Assembly: GCF_036321535.1 (NCBI RefSeq)
Contig: NC_087436.1
Span: forward strand, 65,164,001-65,228,000
DNA from: Camelus dromedarius
Lineage: Eukaryota
DNA length: 64,000 nucleotides
Direction of reading: 5' to 3'
Within the stretch, counting starts at the first letter, position 1. The number at the start of each line of letters is the position of its first letter. Shown in pieces: positions 1-11,499 of this stretch. The notes below the pieces were generated by a model. The model did not search any database, was not told the origin of the DNA, and was given only the letters and a program-made list of their open reading frames with translations. The position numbers and the translations under genes were made by a program.

Positions 1-229
1 ATTACTGCTGATATCAGTATTATGTCACACTTGTGCTAGCAATCATCTCCTTCATAGTCTTTCTTCTTGTTATCAGTCACTTTCAAGTGTGATACATTTT
101 ACAAAGTGTTGTTGGATTATTCTTTTTAAAGCAAATACAGTAATATGACCATAAAGCCTATGGAATAAAATAAAGCTATTTGACTCATCTTCTGTGACTT
201 CAATTACAGTATAGATTGCATGATATGGT

Positions 230-570
230 CCCATTGATCACCCATAGATTTGTTCATATTTACCAACCTTTTTATCCTCTGTCCTCTTGTTTGGTGTGTT
301 TCAATTCTGTCTTTCAAGTTCATGGCTATTTTCTTCTGCATTGTCAAATCTGCTAACTCCAGTGTCTGCAAAATTTTGTCTTAAATTTCCTTTAATTAAA
401 AAAAAATTTATAATGTATGTTTGAAATATTTGCTGGTGAATTTCACCATCTTTGTCATTTCTGGGTCTGTTTATATTGGTAGTTTTTACTCTGTGTTATG
501 ACTCTTATTATCCTATTTTTTTCTGCATGTCTGGTAATTTTTGATTGGTGCCAAAGAATATGAATTTTAT
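230..570 (-). mobile_element. Ancient L1 (L1M-type) 5'/ORF1-region remnant
   Basis: T-rich antisense text such as 'tttgtcatttctgggtctgttt' and 'tgcatgtctggtaatttttgattgg' resembles old L1M 5' regions; boundaries approximate. Confidence 0.5.
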
Positions 571-954
571 GAATCAAATTATTGAATAGTTTATCACTGT
601 TCCTAAATCGTGACATTTCTTAGATTTCTAATGAAGCTTTTCAGGAATTCAACATTATCTTTCCATTCATGCTTGTCTCAACTAAAATTTAGTACATAGA
701 ATAAACAATACATTTTTATTCAAGGAATAATTAATTGAATTATAAGTTTTCCATTTCTTCAAAACAGTGTCAATGGTCACACACAAAAGATTCCAATTCA
801 ATCAATATGAATATTTTAAATGTATTTAATGAATAAAGAATACATTAATTTACTTTTTGAAGATGATGATAAAATGAAATATTATACATGGGAAACAAAA
901 TCAGAGAATTATCTAAATACAAATTTGAAACACTTCTTCAAAATTAAAATTACC

Positions 955-1090
955 TTTAAAAAAATTTTACATTTACTTGCAGTAAAATTTAGTACTCTTA
1001 TTATACAATTCTGTGAGATTTAATAAAAACATACTGACATATAGTTACAAACATAAATAAGGTACAGAATAGTTCCATCACCTCCAAAAT
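955..1090 (-). mobile_element. Old L1 (L1MC/ME-type) 3' UTR fragment
   Basis: 'tacaattctgtgagatttaa...tacagaatagttccatcacctccaaaa' resembles the antisense 3' tail of old L1s. Confidence 0.4.
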
Positions 1091-1096
1091 AATAAT

Positions 1097-1107
1097 CTGC
1101 TTAAACA

Positions 1108-1161
<54 letters not shown>

Positions 1162-1600
1162 ACTGTAGTGGTCTGAAGTCCAAAATGGGTGTCCATAAAG
1201 GGTCTGTCTCACTGGGCTAAAATCCCAGTGTTGTTGGCAGGGTTGCTTCTGGAGGCTCTGAGAGAATCTTTTACTATATTTTTTTTTCAGTTTTTAAAGG
1301 CCAGTTGCATTTCCTTGGTTCATGGCCCCATTCCGTTATCTTCATAGTTAGCGAGATTGGACTGAGTCCTTTTGACACTATCATCTTTTTTATCTGTCTC
1401 TCCTGTATTCCTCCTTAGCCTTGTTAGGGGCCTTGTGATTATTTTGGACCTATATGGATAATCCAGAATAATCTCCCTGTTTTAATATTCTCAATTGAAT
1501 CACATCTGCAAAAATGCCTTTTATCGTATAAGATAACATCCATTGGTTCTGGGGATTAGGATGTAGACCTGTTTGGGGGGACCTTATTCTTCCTATCACA
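1097..1600 (-). mobile_element. MaLR LTR, MLT1D-like
   Basis: Diagnostic 'gaagtccaaaatgggt...tctcactgggctaaaatc', 'ggataatccagaataatctccc', 'cacatctgcaaa' and terminal 'ttattcttcctatcaca'. Confidence 0.85.
1109..1156. repeat. (AC)24 microsatellite inside the MLT1D LTR
   Basis: Perfect AC run read directly. Confidence 0.98.
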
Positions 1601-3671
1601 GCCTAGTTTACATGGTGTTGGCCTTATGGAAGTGTACTATGTTTTGCTTCTTTGATATTTTCCTGGCTTATGATTCTGAAGAACGGTATAGGCTGTAATT
1701 CTGCTGATTTGAAGGCGCAAGTTGAATGCTTACCTTGTAGGCTTATCATCTTATTTATAAGACTTTTTGGTAAAGGTTGAGTTTTAAGGAACATGATTTG
1801 ATCCAAAGTATATTTCAATACATATAATATAATGAACTCAGCTATAATGAATGCTAATATATTTATGAAGTGTGTAATTGTGTTTCAAAGCCATTTCAAG
1901 GAAGCACTGTAGCATAGTGGAAATAACCTGGCAGCAGAGTTCAAATAAGCTGACTATTAGTTACTTGTACCATTAGTGAAGCTAGAATTTTTAATGCTGA
2001 ATTTCACCTTAAAAATATCTCATCCTTATTTAATATCAAGACATTTTCTTCTCGTTATTATTATGTCTAATTCCATGGCAAATCCACAGAGCCAGGAACT
2101 TAACTCATGTTATTTTTAAACATTGCTCACATCTATTTCCTATATTGGTATCCATAGAGTTCTATTTGTATGGTTGGATTCAGAAAAGTCTCTGTGATCA
2201 ATTTGTGTTCACGTTGTAAAAAAAACAGGAATCCTAGAAGTTGTGCTCAGGTTACATGACCACTGAGAAACTTATGTAACTTCATTCAGTTAGCTGCCTA
2301 CTTAAGTTTACGTCTTTTTATAGAAATCATATGGTGACAGAGTCAGAATTGTGTTGTAATTATGACTTTTATCGTTTCAAAAAGTGATTATTTTAGCTAT
2401 TTGCACCTACTTGCAGGGCTGCTCAGTATATTATGAATTAGTAAAATCGAGGTCACAACACTGTCATGAACTAGTCTTTGAAGAAAAATGCCAATTTATT
2501 TTAGGTTAGCATCCAAAGAAATAGGATGCATATTCTCACTAATAACATTTATTCGTATTTTAACACAAGCATTCATATATATAACACATGTTTTAATGGA
2601 CCTTGTATGTTAGCTATCTGAGGCAGAAGAGAAAAAAGAATAAAAACCAGGATGTATGCTGGCAGGTCACTCTAAATGTGGAACTACTTTTTGTCCAAAT
2701 GAGAATTATTTAACTTTAATCAGTTTTTGAAATTTCTTTTTTTCTACCAGTTCTTTGAGAATGAGCTTGGTTTAAAATACATAATAATATATATAAACAT
2801 TAATTCTGGGCAGCTAATTTTGCATAGCATATTTAGGATGTTTTGAGATCATAATTTCAACTGCAGTCTGCATTGTCTGACAAATCTCTTTGGAAAATAT
2901 TTTGAAAGAGACTAATGCTGAACACAGAAAAACTGGTTTTAAATTATCATAGATTAGTTTTCAGAATCTATTGTTTAAGATAAAAATCTTGAGTAACTTA
3001 GAGCTTGAGTTTAAATTATTCTCTCTGAGGTATTTGGATCATAAAGGCTAAAGTAAGAGTATCGTGTTCAGCTACATCTCAGATTTTTAAAGATTATTCT
3101 TTTAACTCAAAGAAACCTAATAGGATTTCCTATAATATTTAATTCCAAATAATGGAATTTTTAAAAATTGCAGTATTATATCTAATTATATAGATAGCTA
3201 TTGATAATCAGTCTAAACATAGGTACGTGAATTTTCTCTATTTTCACAAACTATATTGTTACAGAGTACTGAGGGGTCTTATATTCATTGTAATTTCACG
3301 TATGATTTTTTACTATGTAATTCAGTTACGTAAGCAGTTGAAATGTGACAGAGTCTGATAATTCTTGTTTTCACAAATTGTAACATTAAACTTTCAGACC
3401 ATGTTGTCTTTTCAAAATTTTATCTATGGAAGTAACAAATGCATTCAAAATTGCTTTACTATGCAAAAAATAGGGAGAGTTGAATCACTTTATCATGAAG
3501 TGTAAACTCTATCTCCTGAGTGAAACTCACTGCCCCCTAAGACTAACATTAATGCCTTTTCCTATTCCAAAAGGAAATTAACCACAGTATTTGGGTTAAG
3601 TCCAAAGTATAGTTTATTTTTTAGTAATTACTTTAATAGCACATGGAATTGAAAATAAAATCTTAACTATA

Positions 3672-3875
3672 CATGGTTGACCCTTGAACAATGTGTATTA
3701 GGGGTACCAATCCCAAGGTAGTCAAAAATCCTGGTGTAACTTTCTGGTCGGTCCCCCTTATCCGTGATTTCACACCTGCAGATCGTGTAGTACTGTAGTG
3801 AGTGTTTATTGAAGAAAATATCCTCATGGAAGTGGATCCATGCATTTCAAACCTGTGTTGTTCAAGGGTCAACTG
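3672..3875. mobile_element. Tigger2-family MITE (MER8-like), copy 1
   Basis: Terminal inverted repeats 'gttgacccttgaacaa' ... 'ttgttcaagggtcaactg' followed by TA. Confidence 0.85.
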
Positions 3876-3890
3876 TAAAACAAAAAATTA

Positions 3891-4469
3891 CAATCAATTC
3901 TGTTATTTGTGGTAGTTACATTCAATAAAATCTTACAAATGCTGAATTAGCAAACACTGAATCATTGTTTCTAGGGGAAATATAGTCGTCTCTACCTATG
4001 TATCTACCCAACAGCATACTACAAACACATATAGCTCACATAGATTATAATCTTAAACCATTAAAAAAACTCATCCTGGTAGATTTTATTTTATTTTTTA
4101 TTTTACTAAAGAGAAGACAAAGGTTCAGAATAAGTGATTTGACTGAGGCCCCCCCGACTAACAGGTGCCAGGGTTGGGATTCAAACCCCATCCAGCTGGC
4201 CCTGAACAGGAGCTTCTTGCATTAACCACACTCCCCATGTCTCCATCCTAAGTGACATCTGTATGAGAGCCAGAGAAGAAGGCAGAGTGTTACTTCCTCT
4301 CACCTCACGTGGGAACATGGCAGCTGGGCAACTCAAATTTTTCCTTCACTCCGCACATGTCAGCAAATCACACCAAAGCTCTGTGAATATTGATTTAGCG
4401 GTTATAAATAAACGTTAGCCACTAGGCAAATTGGCATATACAAGATCTATAAGTAATGAGGGTCAACTC
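3891..4469. mobile_element. Tigger-family non-autonomous element (Tigger8/Tigger9-like) containing a MIR-like segment
   Basis: Preceded by TA; degenerate TIRs 'caatcaattctgttatttgtgg' and 'taagtaatgagggtcaact'; internal 'gaattagcaaacactgaatcattgtttctaggggaaatatag' and 'ggcagagtgttac...gggcaactcaaattttt'. Confidence 0.7.
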
Positions 4470-4984
4470 AGCTTTTTAGTATCCCTCCTAAGGTTATAAA
4501 AATAAAATATTTGTGTATAGGAAAAATTAAAGCAAGATACAATAAAAGGAAAGAATAAAATTAATTCTTTTGAAATACCATTACACACACCAAAAATCAA
4601 AGTTTTCACTGTAATTACAGTAATGACTTTGGAATGGCCCACAGAATTTTTCTGAGAATAATTTAGATAAAGTGTCAGAACCTCATTAATCTCTGCTTTT
4701 ATTATTGAAAACTTGGGACAGCAGATACAAAATCTTAAATACATGCATGTGCCAGGTATAATGTCCTTTATGTTCACTGTTTCATTTAATGTTTGAGGCA
4801 AAACTATCAAGCAGTGTAGCTGTTGTTCACTTAGTGAAATGGTCTCATACAAGTTAAATAACTTTTCTAAGGTAGCAAAACTGGCATGTGTCTGAGTGAG
4901 AATCCTGAAAGCAGTTGTCAGGAACCTCAAAATTCATGGTCCCTCCAGTAGACCACACAGCTCCCTAGAGAAAATATCTTATGG

Positions 4985-5175
4985 GACACATCACTTGTAA
5001 TTTGATTTGTGTGTTTAACTGTATGTCTATTTTATTTGGATGAAAGTTCTGTAAAAGCATACCTAATGCTGTCTGGCCCATACTTTATCTCTGGTTCCTA
5101 GTATAGTGCCTGGCACATCATTAACAAGCTATAAATATTTGTTGACTCTATAAATGAAAAATAAATGGATTAATG
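4985..5175 (+). mobile_element. L2 3' end
   Basis: 'cctagtatagtgcctggcacat...taaatatttgttga...aaatgaa' is the canonical L2 tail. Confidence 0.6.
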
Positions 5176-7374
5176 ACATTCTAGTTATGAAGACTGACTT
5201 TCCAAAGCTTTTAGGTAACTACATTATTCAGCTCAGATTTTTTTTCTTTTTTTCTTTCCTTCTTTTTTTGTTTTTTGGCTAGGTACACTCTTCCAAAATT
5301 GAAAACCTAAATTTTATAATGAATGATTACTGAAGTTACTTTTAGGCACTTTAGGATATTTCTGTATGCAACACAAGGCTCTCTTTTGAACCATTTCCTG
5401 CCATTACTGTGCTCATTGATGACTTTCTTTATTCTACCTTCTAAGTCTACATTGTTGGCAAACCTCAGGCTGAACACTGTGCCCATTCTTAAATAGCCAT
5501 CTGCATGTGCCCAGGAAAAATAGCAAAGCACAGAAAAAACCCTGTCAAGCTCTTATCCTTTGCCAATTTTTCATTCAACGTTACTGTGTACTATGAGTGC
5601 TAATATAAAATGGGTATTCTAATGGCTTCACTTCTTCTCAATGGTCTGTATTTTAAAGAAGCAGGAAGAACAGAGGCACGGAAGAAAAACAGCTAGAGCT
5701 GTCATTACAAAATACTGTATTGATATATGTTATGATATTACATATGAGGACAAAGGAATACTTGACAGGACGTATTTTAATTCATATGTCTATAAACATA
5801 TATTATTGTTCAGGCTTAAATTTTGTTGTAAATACTTAGAAATACATAGAAATAGACTAGCTATAATTATTACAATAGCTTCAATTTAGAGAACTTGACA
5901 AAAGAAAGCTCTAAAAGCAGGAAAATTTGCTAAACATCTTATTTGAATGTTTTATTAATATACTTTATGCTTAAGCAAAAAACTATTTTAAGCAAGTTTA
6001 GAGCAAAAACAATATTTTAATTTACTTATATAGTATCATCTTTATAATGAATAACTTTTTTGATCATAATTTAGAAAAAATACATGTTTACTAAGACATT
6101 CTTAGAAACGTGTGGGGTTTTTTTTCTTATTTTCTGGTTGCACTTTAAAGAAAAGAATGTTTTAAAAGAGGATTCTGCTAGCAGTGTCTTTTCATTTAAG
6201 CTTTCTGGCTATGTGTGTTAAAGATAGACTTCCTTAGAATTAGCACTTTAGTAAACTGGGAAAAAAAATGCTTGTTGCTCATGAGTCCAGTGGTCTTCAA
6301 ATATGTCCTTTAGAGATGAAAGTTTTTCAGGACTCCTCAGGGGAAGGTGAAGATGATGATGGAGAGACCAAGCAGAGAATCTTTTATTAGCTTACATTTC
6401 AAGGTTTTAAATAAGAGTTTTATCTACTTGAAGGAGTCTGTACTAAGAAAAGGTTTGAGAGTCTTTTACGTAGTCCAGCTCCCTCAGCACTAGATCAAAT
6501 ACTTGTAGAATGCTTAAGAATATATCCTGGGAGATTGCAAAGAATTTGTGTTGGACACCCTCATCTATTGGGGGGGATATTATTACCTGTGCATTATGGA
6601 GCACATGGTCTTTTGAAGAATTCTAAGCACCTTCCTCTAACTAAAATCCATACATCAGTGAATCTATTAATCTTTGCTTATTATTTTTTTCATCCTGTGG
6701 AAGCACAATCCCTGTCACATACTATGGTCCAATGTTTGTTAAAAGAGCAAACACTTGCAGGAAGTGTTTCTAACCTAGCAATGTCCCAATCCCTATGAAA
6801 TCTCTGGTCAAAGAATGCTTATTCCCTCGCCATGCTTTTGTTTGAGATTTTTCGTTTTCCTTTAAGGAGAAGAAAAAGTTCAGCTTCTTTTCTCAAGGGA
6901 GGAGTAGCCTTACGAGCCACATTTCTATCACCTCACTCACCTCTCCTTTAGGATGCCGAGTGACTTACCTGATTTCTGAGTTTCATACCCATTGGTTTCC
7001 CCCTTTTCAAAGTAGCAGTTGCTATCAGCGCATTCTCATTCCCTTGCCCTCCCACCTTCCAAGTGTACTCTCCTCTCTGATTCTTTTCCTCTGGCCAAAA
7101 CTTCCAGCTCGGGTAGAGAGATGGTTCTGAGGAAATACTTTATATCATCTACTGGCCTCTCTCCCTGAGGAAGGCAGGCTTGTGTGGGTCTTGAGATTTC
7201 AGTCCCAAGTAGGATAGAAGATACCATCATATTCTCTAATCTAACTCTACTGTATGTAAATTATGTGTACCGTATGATACTGTGTGTTAATTCCATTTGA
7301 ATTTTTATGTCTGTTATTATTGATCAGAACTTGAAAGGAAGAAGGGATGATTAATTAGCATGTTCAAATTACAA

Positions 7375-7630
7375 ATATAATTTAAGAACTTCTCACACTT
7401 ATTTAACATATGACATATGTCAGATTCTTCTAGGCACTTTACATAAATTAGTACATTTAGTCCCCAGAGAGACCATTTGAAGTATATTGGATTAAGATGT
7501 GAAAACAGAAGCACAAGAGGTTAAGTAACTTTCCTAAGGTCATAAAACTAAGAAACAGCAGAGCAAAGAATCATACCCATGTATTGCAGGTTCAGAATGC
7601 CTGAAACACCATGTTATACTGTCTCTCTAA
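7375..7630 (-). mobile_element. MIR SINE
   Basis: Antisense MIR core 'agatgtgaaaacagaagcacaagaggttaagtaactttcctaaggtcat'. Confidence 0.7.
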
Positions 7631-8323
7631 CTTTATCTTACATTATCTGCTCACCTGCAGTAGAAGTGTGTTGAATTAGAAGTCTGAAGACATACGCTCT
7701 GGTTTCTTTGAATCTACCATTGACTAGAAATTTGATTGTCTTTTGTAATACCACACTTTTCTATAGGCTGAAAGAAGCTACTGGTTTAATGGGAAGGAAA
7801 CAATGGATTTGGCTTGAGATATATATTTAACATAATGGGGTAATGGAAGAATTAAAGTGAACTGCAAACTTACATTGGAGACATAGGCTAAAATTTTTTT
7901 TTGAAATAGATCTTTTGGAGTCATCTTGGTAAAAATAGATAAATTCCTCTACTTTTAAAAATAATTTTACAATTTGTAAGACTCTTTTCACATTCACTGT
8001 CACATTGGTTACCTAGGGTGGCTCAAAAAAGCTAAATATAATGTATAAACCCACAAAGTTGTGCTAATTCACTCTAATTAGGGTCAGATAAAGAAAACTG
8101 CCCCATAAGCTTGGATAATATTATATTTTAAAAGCATATATTATTTTATTATTCTTATAATAGCAATGTGCTTTGACAAAAAATGGAGTGGGAGCTATGA
8201 TTAGAAAATTTTGTAACCGTATAAAAATACAATAACAGATATGACAGCATGGGAAATACTGCTTCTTAAGCCATTCACACAAATAAGCACTCAGTTTCTT
8301 CTTTGAATCATGAATTTAGCTTT

Positions 8324-8356
8324 CACTTGATCTTAGCCAAAAGGCCAAGAAGCAAT
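8324..8356 (-). pseudogene. 3'-truncated U2 snRNA retrocopy (U2 nt 1-33)
   Basis: Minus strand attgcttcttggccttttggctaagatcaagtg matches U2 ATCGCTTCTCGGCCTTTTGGCTAAGATCAAGTG at 31/33, both mismatches CpG>TpG; flanked by a 14-bp imperfect direct repeat. Confidence 0.92.
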
Positions 8357-8410
8357 TAAATTTAACTTTCAAATTTGCTTTTTCTTTTTTTTTTTGTACG
8401 GAAAAAAATA

Positions 8411-8628
8411 CAGTTGATCCCTAAACAACATGAGAGTTAGGGGCACCAACCCTTCACACAGTTGAAAATTTAAGTATAACTTTACAGTCGGCCCCCTGTA
8501 TGTGTGGTTTTACATCTGTAAATTCAACCAACTATGGACTGTATAGTGCTGTAGTAGAATTTCTTGAAAAAAATCCATATATAAGTGAATTTGTGCAGTT
8601 TAAGCCTGCTTTGTGCAAGGGTCAACTA
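8411..8628. mobile_element. Tigger2-family MITE (MER8-like), copy 2
   Basis: TA-'cagttgatccctaaacaac' ... 'tgtgcaagggtcaacta'-TA; colinear with 3672-3875. Confidence 0.85.
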
Positions 8629-8699
8629 TACATTTAAGTACTTTCTGTATAACAAAGGTGTCGGATTTTAGCGGCCTCTGCTTTTCAATGATGTTATAT

Positions 8700-9125
8700 T
8701 AATGGTAATAGCTAAAATGCATTGCAGTTTCTCTATGTGACAGGCTCTGTGCTTATTGTTTTCCACGCATTGGGCTGCACTTCATCTTTAGACAAACCTT
8801 ACAAATAGTTTCCATGCTGATCTAGTGGAGGCAGAATTACCCAGTAACTAAGAGTATGAACTCTAGAGCCAAACTACATGGCTTTGTTCCACCAGTAAAT
8901 TTGGGGTGATCTTGGGTATTTTATGTCACCTCTCTGGAATTTATTTACTCATCTGTGAAAGAGGAATAATTATTGAACTTGACTTATAAGATGGATTGTT
9001 TGAATATTTAAACAATATCTGGCAAAGAGTATCCTTCAGTGAATGTAAGCCACATGTGTCATTTTACTTAGGAAGAAAACTGAGGATTGGAGGAGATGAG
9101 TTGCCCAAAGAGATGGAGCTACTGT
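8700..9125 (-). mobile_element. MIR (minus) split by an oppositely oriented MIR
   Basis: 'taatagctaaaatgcattg...tatgtgacaggctctgtgct' (about 8700-8810) resumes as 'cattttacttaggaagaaaactgagg...ttgcccaaag' (about 9060-9125). Confidence 0.5.
8826..9050 (+). mobile_element. MIR SINE
   Basis: 'aagagtatgaactctagagccaaactac...gtgatcttgggt...cacctctctg...ctcatctgtgaaagaggaataata'. Confidence 0.65.
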
Positions 9126-9344
9126 AGTTAATTTATATTTGAAACATTCCTTGCAATAAGTGCTCTCTCCAACGTTCCAGGTTTTGATATTGGCTTCATT
9201 TGAATCCTTTTTATTCTCTCTAATAAGGTCTGATGTCCCGTGTTTTTTTCAGCAGTTCATTTTCTGTCTGTAGTGAAGACTATAAGCTTCTCCAGACCTT
9301 GGAACTCCTTGCTCCTACCCCATAGACCGTGAGTAGCCATGACA

Positions 9345-9590
9345 ACAACAATCATGGCATTAATTGTGTGATTCCTGTGGGGAAGGTAGTACTAAGTACC
9401 TTATATATTTTTATTTCACTTGATCATTATTGGATATATGTTAATATTATATCTACTTTAAAGATGTGAAATCTCAGGTACAAAGTAGTAGTAACATCAT
9501 AGGTCACACGACTTTAAGTTCCAACTGAGGTTTGAATTCAGATCTTCTGAATCCTGAGACAAATATCTTAGCCTCTGTATTATGGAACTT
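9345..9590 (-). mobile_element. MIR SINE
   Basis: 'aaagatgtgaaatctcagg...aggtcacacgact...ggtttgaattcagatcttctgaatcc'. Confidence 0.6.
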
Positions 9591-10899
9591 CTCTATATCA
9601 TGATAAAGATGTTTGCTGAGAACATGCGAGTCCATAATACTCAATTTTTTGTTGCTTGTTAGGTTGCATACAGCTTATATAACATGATCATCAATGTCAA
9701 GTTAGAGAGAATGCTATTTGGAAGCAAGGAACATCAGCATTCCTTAGAAGTGGTGAAAAGCACATCACAAGCAGATGCTAAATCTACACAACATTACTAA
9801 AATAATAACTCAGCTAATGGGAAACACGAAGCCAAGAGCTAATATCGAATAATGGTTTTAGAGAAAAGTTAGAAAAATGCATTCTTAGGAATTTTTGTGA
9901 ATTTTGGTGAGATTTGAAGGGTTGATACAGTATTCAGCAGAATATTCCTTCTTTGCTATTTAGTATGTGGCAGTTTGCAAATTATTAGTTTTCTTTGCTG
10001 ATGCTTCTAATTTAGTTACATTTCTTGGCTTATGTTAAAGCACCTTTCAAAGCATAACTCTGAGCAAATACTAACCTAATTAAAATTACTGGGTTCTTTC
10101 TACTCCTGGCTCTCATGTTTCCCAGGGTTTGCCCTTGCACCAAATATGCATTCTCTGGACCATTAATATATTTGCCTCTAAAATGACAGTATTGGAAGTA
10201 ATGATCAAGGCATTTGAATATTTCAATGTATTTCTGGCATTCAGTTACTACAGAATTCTTTAAAATAGGTCACTTTTAATGGATACATAGTAAGCACTTT
10301 TTGTATTCTCTCTAGCATTCATACATCCTTCTTTTGATAATGTGTTGATTTCTCCTCATGGGCCATGTCTGCTGTCACCCTTCACTCAGCTCATTTACTC
10401 TCCATAGGTCTAGGGTGATGCTACAAACCTGGCCCATTTTAGTGTTATGTTACTTGACCCCAGTGACTCATTGTGTTTTACTTTTGTAGATGACAGTGAT
10501 GATGATGGAAAGGCAGCAGCAATGGCAAAGATTAGGAGACACTTCTGGTCATGGGAAATTAGAAGTGAGAGTCACCATGTAATTGACTTGTTTTTCCCAC
10601 AATTTAGTCAGCTCTACTGCCCAGTAATTTCTTAGTTTCCTGGTCATTCCAGAAAAAGGATAATCTGAATATGTAGCACTTCTCACAGAGCCGCTTCACC
10701 AATGCTGGAGGTGAGAAAACTGAAATTAGGCAAATAATAACAATAAAAGCTAACATTTATTTATTGAGCACATAGATTATGCTAGGCAGTGTTCTGAACA
10801 CGTTACTTGGATTAACCTACTATGTTTAAAAGTAATATAGTAATATGGTTCTTCCATCTCCGCCAAGTGTACATAATTACTCCATTTATTGACTTTGGC

Positions 10900-11200
10900 T
10901 TTTTTGAGCCAGAAGAAGAAATAGAATATACTGAGTCATATATTTGCCAAAAAGGAACATGACTTAATGAGGAAAGAGAGAACCATGTTGTGTCTTTGGA
11001 GTGAATATTGAGCGTGATAACATTAAAAGGAAATAAAGGATGAAAAAGTAATTTGAGTTTAGAATATGAATGTCTGTTTGCCAAATTAAGGAGTTTAGAT
11101 TTAATTCTCTAAGAAGAAGGAAACTAACATAAGCTTTTAAGCAGTATTCTAGAATTATAGGAGATTACTGTGAGAAGAGTGCAGAAGTGGGCTGTCTGGG
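10900..11200 (-). mobile_element. L2 fragment
   Basis: 'tgccaaattaaggagtttagatttaattctct...agcttttaagcag' resembles the antisense L2 body. Confidence 0.45.
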
Positions 11201-11499
11201 CTGCTTCAGGTTTGTCTTCTGTGTAAGGTTGTTAATAACTTTTTCTATCTTGCCAATTGCTTTATAAGTTAGGAAAAAATGTTTTAATTCCATACAGTGC
11301 TATAAAGTATGTATTATTAATTATAGTAATAGAGGATTTTTAAAGTCTTGAGATAGTTGAGACTTTTTATATTCTGTTGAGAAAGGAAAACAAATCTAGC
11401 AGGAGAATTGGCCGTGTTACAAATCTAGTTAGAAGAGGTGAGGAGGTAAAAGAAACTTACTCATTGATAAGATAAATAACTGTGACAATGATCAATTTA

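Noticed and set aside
3528..3545. CTCF-like ctgccccctaagac
   Set aside because: Only one half of the motif matches; the conserved CCAC/CCAG positions are absent
4463..4930. Longest ORF (155 aa, minus strand)
   Set aside because: TTG start, no recognisable homology, no convincing splice sites, and it ends in a Tigger TIR
9333..9346. RFX X-box-like gtagccatgacaac
   Set aside because: Single 12/14 motif at a MIR edge with no supporting context
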